DNA from: Hypanus sabinus
Lineage: Eukaryota
Length of the DNA: 64,000 bases
Reading direction: 5' to 3'
Assembly (NCBI RefSeq): GCF_030144855.1
Contig: NC_082710.1
Span: forward strand, 149,420,001 to 149,484,000
Position 1 is the stretch's first letter, and every line of letters starts with the position of its first letter. Below, piece after piece: positions 58,904 through 64,000 of this stretch. The notes beneath the pieces were generated by a model. It was given only the letters and a program-made list of their open reading frames with translations, was not told the DNA's origin and made no database searches. Position numbers and translations under genes: made by a program.

Positions 58904-61900
58904 AGTGTCGCCCTCACATTGAGGAACCTCTTCCTACGTGGCTGTATCATGTTGTGTGTGGATTCCAGGTTCTTTTTCCCAAAAATACACTTTATTCAGA
59001 AGTACCTCAAAATAAATTTATTTGCAAAACCCATTTGTTTCCTCTGATGCTCTGTCTGTTTGTGACCTGCAGTGAGGGCAAAGTGTGCTGTGCAGCGCCA
59101 TTTTGTTTGGCTAAATCGCATTAAAATGCAGGAACGTATTGAAATAAAGCAAGGGTTGGTTCTAACTAATCTGGCCGGGAGCTGCCAATCATCAGGAGTG
59201 CATGGGTTTCTGGGCCAGTCGATCGCAGACCTTCTCGGCAATTTGGCTGAGATCAGGCGTTCTTATTAGAGCAGAGCTATGCCAAGTGTTCTTATTAGGA
59301 CACAGAGAGGAAGCGAGCCAGAGCGGCGATGGAAGAAAGGATCGTTGAAAGAGGCGGGGAGTGCAGTGCTTCGACTTGTGGGACTGGAAACCAAAGCGCT
59401 GTAAGGGTAGGTGTCCTAGATTAGAAAACGCTCCTTGGGGAACGGGTAATTAAGGTTCCCAATGTCGCCCTCACACTGGGAGACCACTTCCTTTGCGGAT
59501 GCATCAGTTTTGGTGTGAATCGCAGGTTTTGCTAGCCACAAAATACACTTTATGCAGAAATATTTCAAAATAAAGTTAATTACAAAGACCATTAGTAGAC
59601 CCTGATGCTCTGTCTGGTTGTGTCCTCCAGTTAGCGCAAAGGGTGTTTTACAGCGGCGTTTTCTTTTTTAGCTAAATCGCCTTAAAATGCGCTAATGTAT
59701 TGAATGAAATCAAAGGTTCTTGCAAAATGACCGGGCAGGGAGCAATCAGATGTGAAGTGGGCAAAGTTTCGCGGACCATGTGATCTCAGCTCTTCACAGC
59801 CTATTGGCTGAGATCAGGTGTTCTTATCGGAGCGCAGCTACACCAAGTCTTCATTTAGGATTGAGAACGAAAGCGACGCAGGGCGGTGATGGAAGACGAT
59901 GGCGGGACAGATCAGCAGATCGGTGATAAAAGCTGAGGAGTGCAGCGCTACGACTTGCGGGGTGGGAATACAGAACGCAGTCGGATTGAGCGTCCGACTT
60001 AAGCAGGTGGGAGAACGGAGATAATACGTCTCCAATGTCGCCCTCTCTCTGAGAGACGACTTCCTATGTGATTCCATGAGGTATTGTGTTGACCGCAGAG
60101 CTTTTAGCCCAAAAAAGTCCTATCTTCAAAAATATTCCAAATTAATGTTATTTACAAAAACCATTAGTTGACACTCATGCACTGTCCGGTTGTCTGTCAC
60201 CTCCACTGAGCGCAAACAGTGCATGACAGCGGCATTTTTTTGCTAAATCACCTGAAAATGCGCTAAAATACAGAATGAAGGCAAGGATAGTACTTCCGAA
60301 GCAGGCAGGGCATCTAACAGTGGTAAGGAGGGCAAAGGTTCACGGACCAGGCGACCTCAGCTTTTCTCGGCTTTTTCGCTGAAGCCAGGCGTTCTTCTTA
60401 GAGCGCAGCAATAACAAGTGTTCTTATTAGGACACAGTACGAATGCGACGCAGGGCGGCGATGGAAAGAAGGATCGGTGAAGAAGGCGGTGAGAGCAGGG
60501 CTTCGACTTGCCGGGCTGGAATGCAAAACGCTGTATGATGTTGTCCGAGGTTAGAAAACGTACCCGGGAGAACGTGTAATAAACGTACCCAATGTCGCCC
60601 TCGCATTGAGAGACCTCTTCCTACGTGGCTGTATCATGTTGTGTGTGGATTCCAGGTTCTTTTTCCCAAAAATACACTTTATTCAGAAATACCTCAAAAT
60701 AAATTTATTTGCAAAACCCATTTGTTTCCTCTGATGCTCTGTCTGTTTGTGACCTGCAGTGAGGGCAAAGTGTGCTGTGCAGCGCCATTTTGTTTGGCTA
60801 AATCGCATTAGAATGCAGGAACGTATTGAAATAAAGCAAGGGTTGGTTCTAACTAATCTGGCCGGGAGCTGCCAATCATCAGGAGTAAATGGGTTTCTGG
60901 GCCAGTCGATCGCAGACCTTCTCGGCAATTTGGCTGAGATCAGGCGTTCTTATTAGAGCAGAGCTATGCCAAGTGTTCTTATTAGGACACAGAGAGGAAG
61001 CGAGCCAGAGCGGCGATGGAAGAAAGGATCGGTGAAAGAGGCGGGGAGAGCAGTTCTTCGATTTGAGGGACTGGAAACCAAAACGCTGTAAGGGTAGGTG
61101 TCCTAGATTAGAAAACGTTCCTTGGGGAACGGGTAATTAAGGTACCCAATGTCGCCCTCACACTGGGAGACCACTTCCTTTGCAGATGCATCAGTTTTGG
61201 TGTGAATCGCAGGTTTTTCTAGCCACAAAATACACTTTATGCAGAAATATTTCAAAATAAAGTTAATTACAAAGACCATTAGTAGACCCTGATGCTCTGT
61301 CTGGTTGTTTCCTCCAGTTAGCGCAAAGGGTGTTTTACAGCGGCGTTTTTTTTTTTAGCTAAATCGCCTTAAAATGCGCTAATGTATTGAATGAAATCAA
61401 AGGTTCTTGCAAAATGACCGGGCAGGGAGCAATCAGAGGTGAAGAGGGCAAAGTTTCGCGGACCATGTGATCTCAGCTCTTCACAGCCTATTGGCTGAGA
61501 TCAGGTGTTCTTATCGGAGCGCAGCTACACCAAGTCTTCATTTAGGATTGAGAACGAAAGCGATGCAGGGCGGTGATGGAAGACGATGGCGGGACAGATC
61601 AGCGGATCGGTGATAAAAGCTGAGGAGTGCAGCGCTACGACTTGCGGGGTGGGAATACAGAACGCAGTCGGATTGAGCGTCCGACTTAAGCAGGTACTCT
61701 GGTCAACGGAGATAATACGTCTCCAATGTCGCCCTCTCTCTGAGAGACGACTTCCTATGTGATTCCATGAGGTATTGTGTTGACCGCAGAGCTTTTAGCC
61801 CAAAAAAGTCCTATCTTCAAAAATATTCCAAATTAATGTTATTTACAAAAACCATTAGTTGACACTCATGCACTGTCTGGTTGTCTGTCACCTCCACTGA

Positions 61901-64000
61901 GCGCAAACAGTGCATGACAGCGGCATTGTTTTGCCAAATCACCTGAAAATGCACTAAAATACAGAATGAAGGCAAGGAGAGTACTTCCGAAGCAGGCAGG
62001 GCATCTAACAGTGGTAAGGAGGGCAAAGGTTCACGGACCAGGCGACCTCAGCTTTTCTCGGCTTTTTCGCTGAAGTCAGGCGTTCTTCTTAGAGCGCAGC
62101 TATAACAAGTGTTCTTATTAGGACACAGAAAGAATGCGACGCAGGGCGACGATGGAAAGAAGGCGGTGAGAGCAGTGCTTCGACTTGCCGGGCTGGAATG
62201 CAGAACGCTGTATGATGGTGTCCGAGGTTAGAAAGCTTACCCGGGTGAACGTGTAATAAACGTACCCAATGTCGCCCTCGCATTGAGAGACCTCTTCCTA
62301 CGTGGCTGTATCATGTTGTGTGTGGATTCCAGGTTCTTTTTCCCAAAAATACACTTTATTCAGAAGTACCTCAAAATAAATTTATTTGCAAAACCCATTT
62401 GTTTCCTCTGATGCTCTGTCTGTTTGTGACCTGCAGTGAGGGCAAAGTGTGCTGTGCAGCGCCATTTTGTTTGGCTAAATCGCATTAAAATGCAGGAACG
62501 TATTGAAATAAAGCAAGGGTTGGTTCTAACTAATCTGGCCGGGAGCTGCCAATCATCAGGAGTGCATGGGTTTCTGGGCCAGTCGATCGCAGACCTTCTC
62601 GGCAATTTGGCTGAGATCAGGCGTTCTTATTAGAGCAGAGCTATGCCAAGTGTTCTTATTAGGACACAGAGAGGAAGCGAGCCAGAGCGGCGATGGAAGA
62701 AAGGATCGTTGAAAGAGGCGGGGAGTGCAGTGCTTCGACTTGTGGGACTGGAAACCAAAGCGCTGTAAGGGTAGGTGTCCTAGATTAGAAAACGTTCCTT
62801 GGGGAACGGGTAATTAAGGTTCCCAATGTCGCCCTCACACTGGGAGACCACTTCCTTTGCGGATGCATCAGTTTTGGTGTGAATCGCAGGTTTTGCTAGC
62901 CACAAAATACACTTTATGCAGAAATATTTCAAAATAAAGTTAATTACAAAGACCATTAGTAGACCCTGATGCTCTGTCTGGTTGTGTCCTCCAGTTAGCG
63001 CAAAGGGTGTTTTACAGCGGCGTTTTCTTTTTTAGCTAAATCGCCTTAAAATGCGCTAATGTATTGAATGAAATCAAAGGTTCTTGCAAAATGACCGGGC
63101 AGGGAGCAATCAGATGTGAAGTGGGCAAAGTTTCGCGGACCATGTGATCTCAGCTCTTCACAGCCTATTGGCTGAGATCAGGTGTTCTTATCGGAGCGCA
63201 GCTACACCAAGTCTTCATTTAGGATTGAGAACGAAAGCGACGCAGGGCGGTGATGGAAGACGATGGCGGGACAGATCAGCAGATCGGTGATAAAAGCTGA
63301 GGAGTGCAGCGCTACGACTTGCGGGGTGGGAATACAGAACGCAGTCGGATTGAGCGTCCGACTTAAGCAGGTGGGAGAACGGAGATAATACGTCTCCAAT
63401 GTCGCCCTCTCTCTGAGAGACGACTTCCTATGTGATTCCATGAGGTATTGTGTTGACCGCAGAGCTTTTAGCCCAAAAAAGTCCTATCTTCAAAAATATT
63501 CCAAATTAATGTTATTTACAAAAACCATTAGTTGACACTCATGCACTGTCCGGTTGTCTGTCACCTCCACTGAGCGCAAACAGTGCATGACAGCGGCATT
63601 TTTTTGCTAAATCACCTGAAAATGCGCTAAAATACAGAATGAAGGCAAGGATAGTACTTCCGAAGCAGGCAGGGCATCTAACAGTGGTAAGGGGGGCAAA
63701 GGTTCACGGACCAGGCGACCTCAGCTTTTCTCGGCTTTTTCGCTGAAGCCAGGCGTTCTTCTTAGAGCGCAGCAATAACAAGTGTTCTTATTAGGACACA
63801 GTACGAATGCGACGCAGGGCGGCGATGGAAAGAAGGATCGGTGAAGAAGGCGGTGAGAGCAGGGCTTCGACTTGCCGGGCTGGAATGCAAAACGCTGTAT
63901 GATGTTGTCCGAGGTTAGAAAACGTACCCGGGAGAACGTGTAATAAACGTACCCAATGTCGCCCTCGCATTGAGAGACCTCTTCCTACGTGGCTGTATCA
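58904..64000 (+). repeat. 6-mer higher-order repeat, 3364 bp
   Basis: Anchors 58904/62268, 59461/62825, 60034/63398 and 60591/63955 are all exactly 3364 apart. Confidence 0.92.

Larger units (their letters stand above)
30530..64000 (+). repeat. Satellite array, about 60 head-to-tail monomers of 542-584 bp with higher-order repeats; runs off the window end
   Basis: The anchor aatgtcgccctc or its variants recurs 60 times, for example 30547, 31108, 31692, 32250, 32830, 33386, 33939, 34497 ... 62825, 63398, 63955. Confidence 0.98.

Noticed and set aside
30827-63441. Dozens of recurring 60-108 aa ORFs (MRAKCAVQRH..., MEEVSQCEGD..., MPRRSAIDWP...)
   Set aside because: These are translations of satellite monomers. 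They appear on both strands and are broken by stops and frameshifts in most copies, so there is no sign of a coding gene family.
30530-64000. CRISPR-like or tandem gene array interpretation
   Set aside because: Whole monomers are homologous with no unique spacers, there are no cas genes, and the context is vertebrate. No tRNA cloverleaf or snRNA was recognised in the unit.

Overview
Vertebrate genomic DNA, most likely from a cartilaginous fish (inferred from the MHC class I leader and tail style and from the CR1, Rex1-Babar, Penelope, Tx1 and Gypsy repeat mix). There are three zones. (1) 1-20 kb holds one intact MHC class I heavy-chain gene on the + strand, not captured as such by the ORF track. 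I reconstructed 7 coding exons with GT-AG, all-phase-1 junctions (1214-1262, 7878-8138, 8274-8546, 9217-9480, 9724-9831, 13338-13367, 16656-16702; 1032 nt, 343 aa). It has an ISRE/X1-X2/Y/CCAAT-type promoter, a probable non-coding last exon and TE-filled introns, including an AcademX-like DNA transposon relic. (2) 19.7-28 kb is nested retroelement debris: Tx1, Penelope-in-Penelope with a solo LTR and a hammerhead motif, a SINE, CR1 and a 304-N gap. (3) From about 28.1 kb to beyond the window end lies a satellite array of about 60 monomers of about 560 bp, with layered higher-order repeats (4-mer 2248 bp, 7-mer about 3.9 kb, 6-mer 3364 bp). The most striking observation is that each monomer preserves a junction of Tx1 ORF2 (sense) fused to a Tx1 3' tail (antisense), and that a younger Tx1 copy has inserted into the Tx1-derived part of the edge monomer. 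All alignments and counts were done by eye; nothing was searched against databases.
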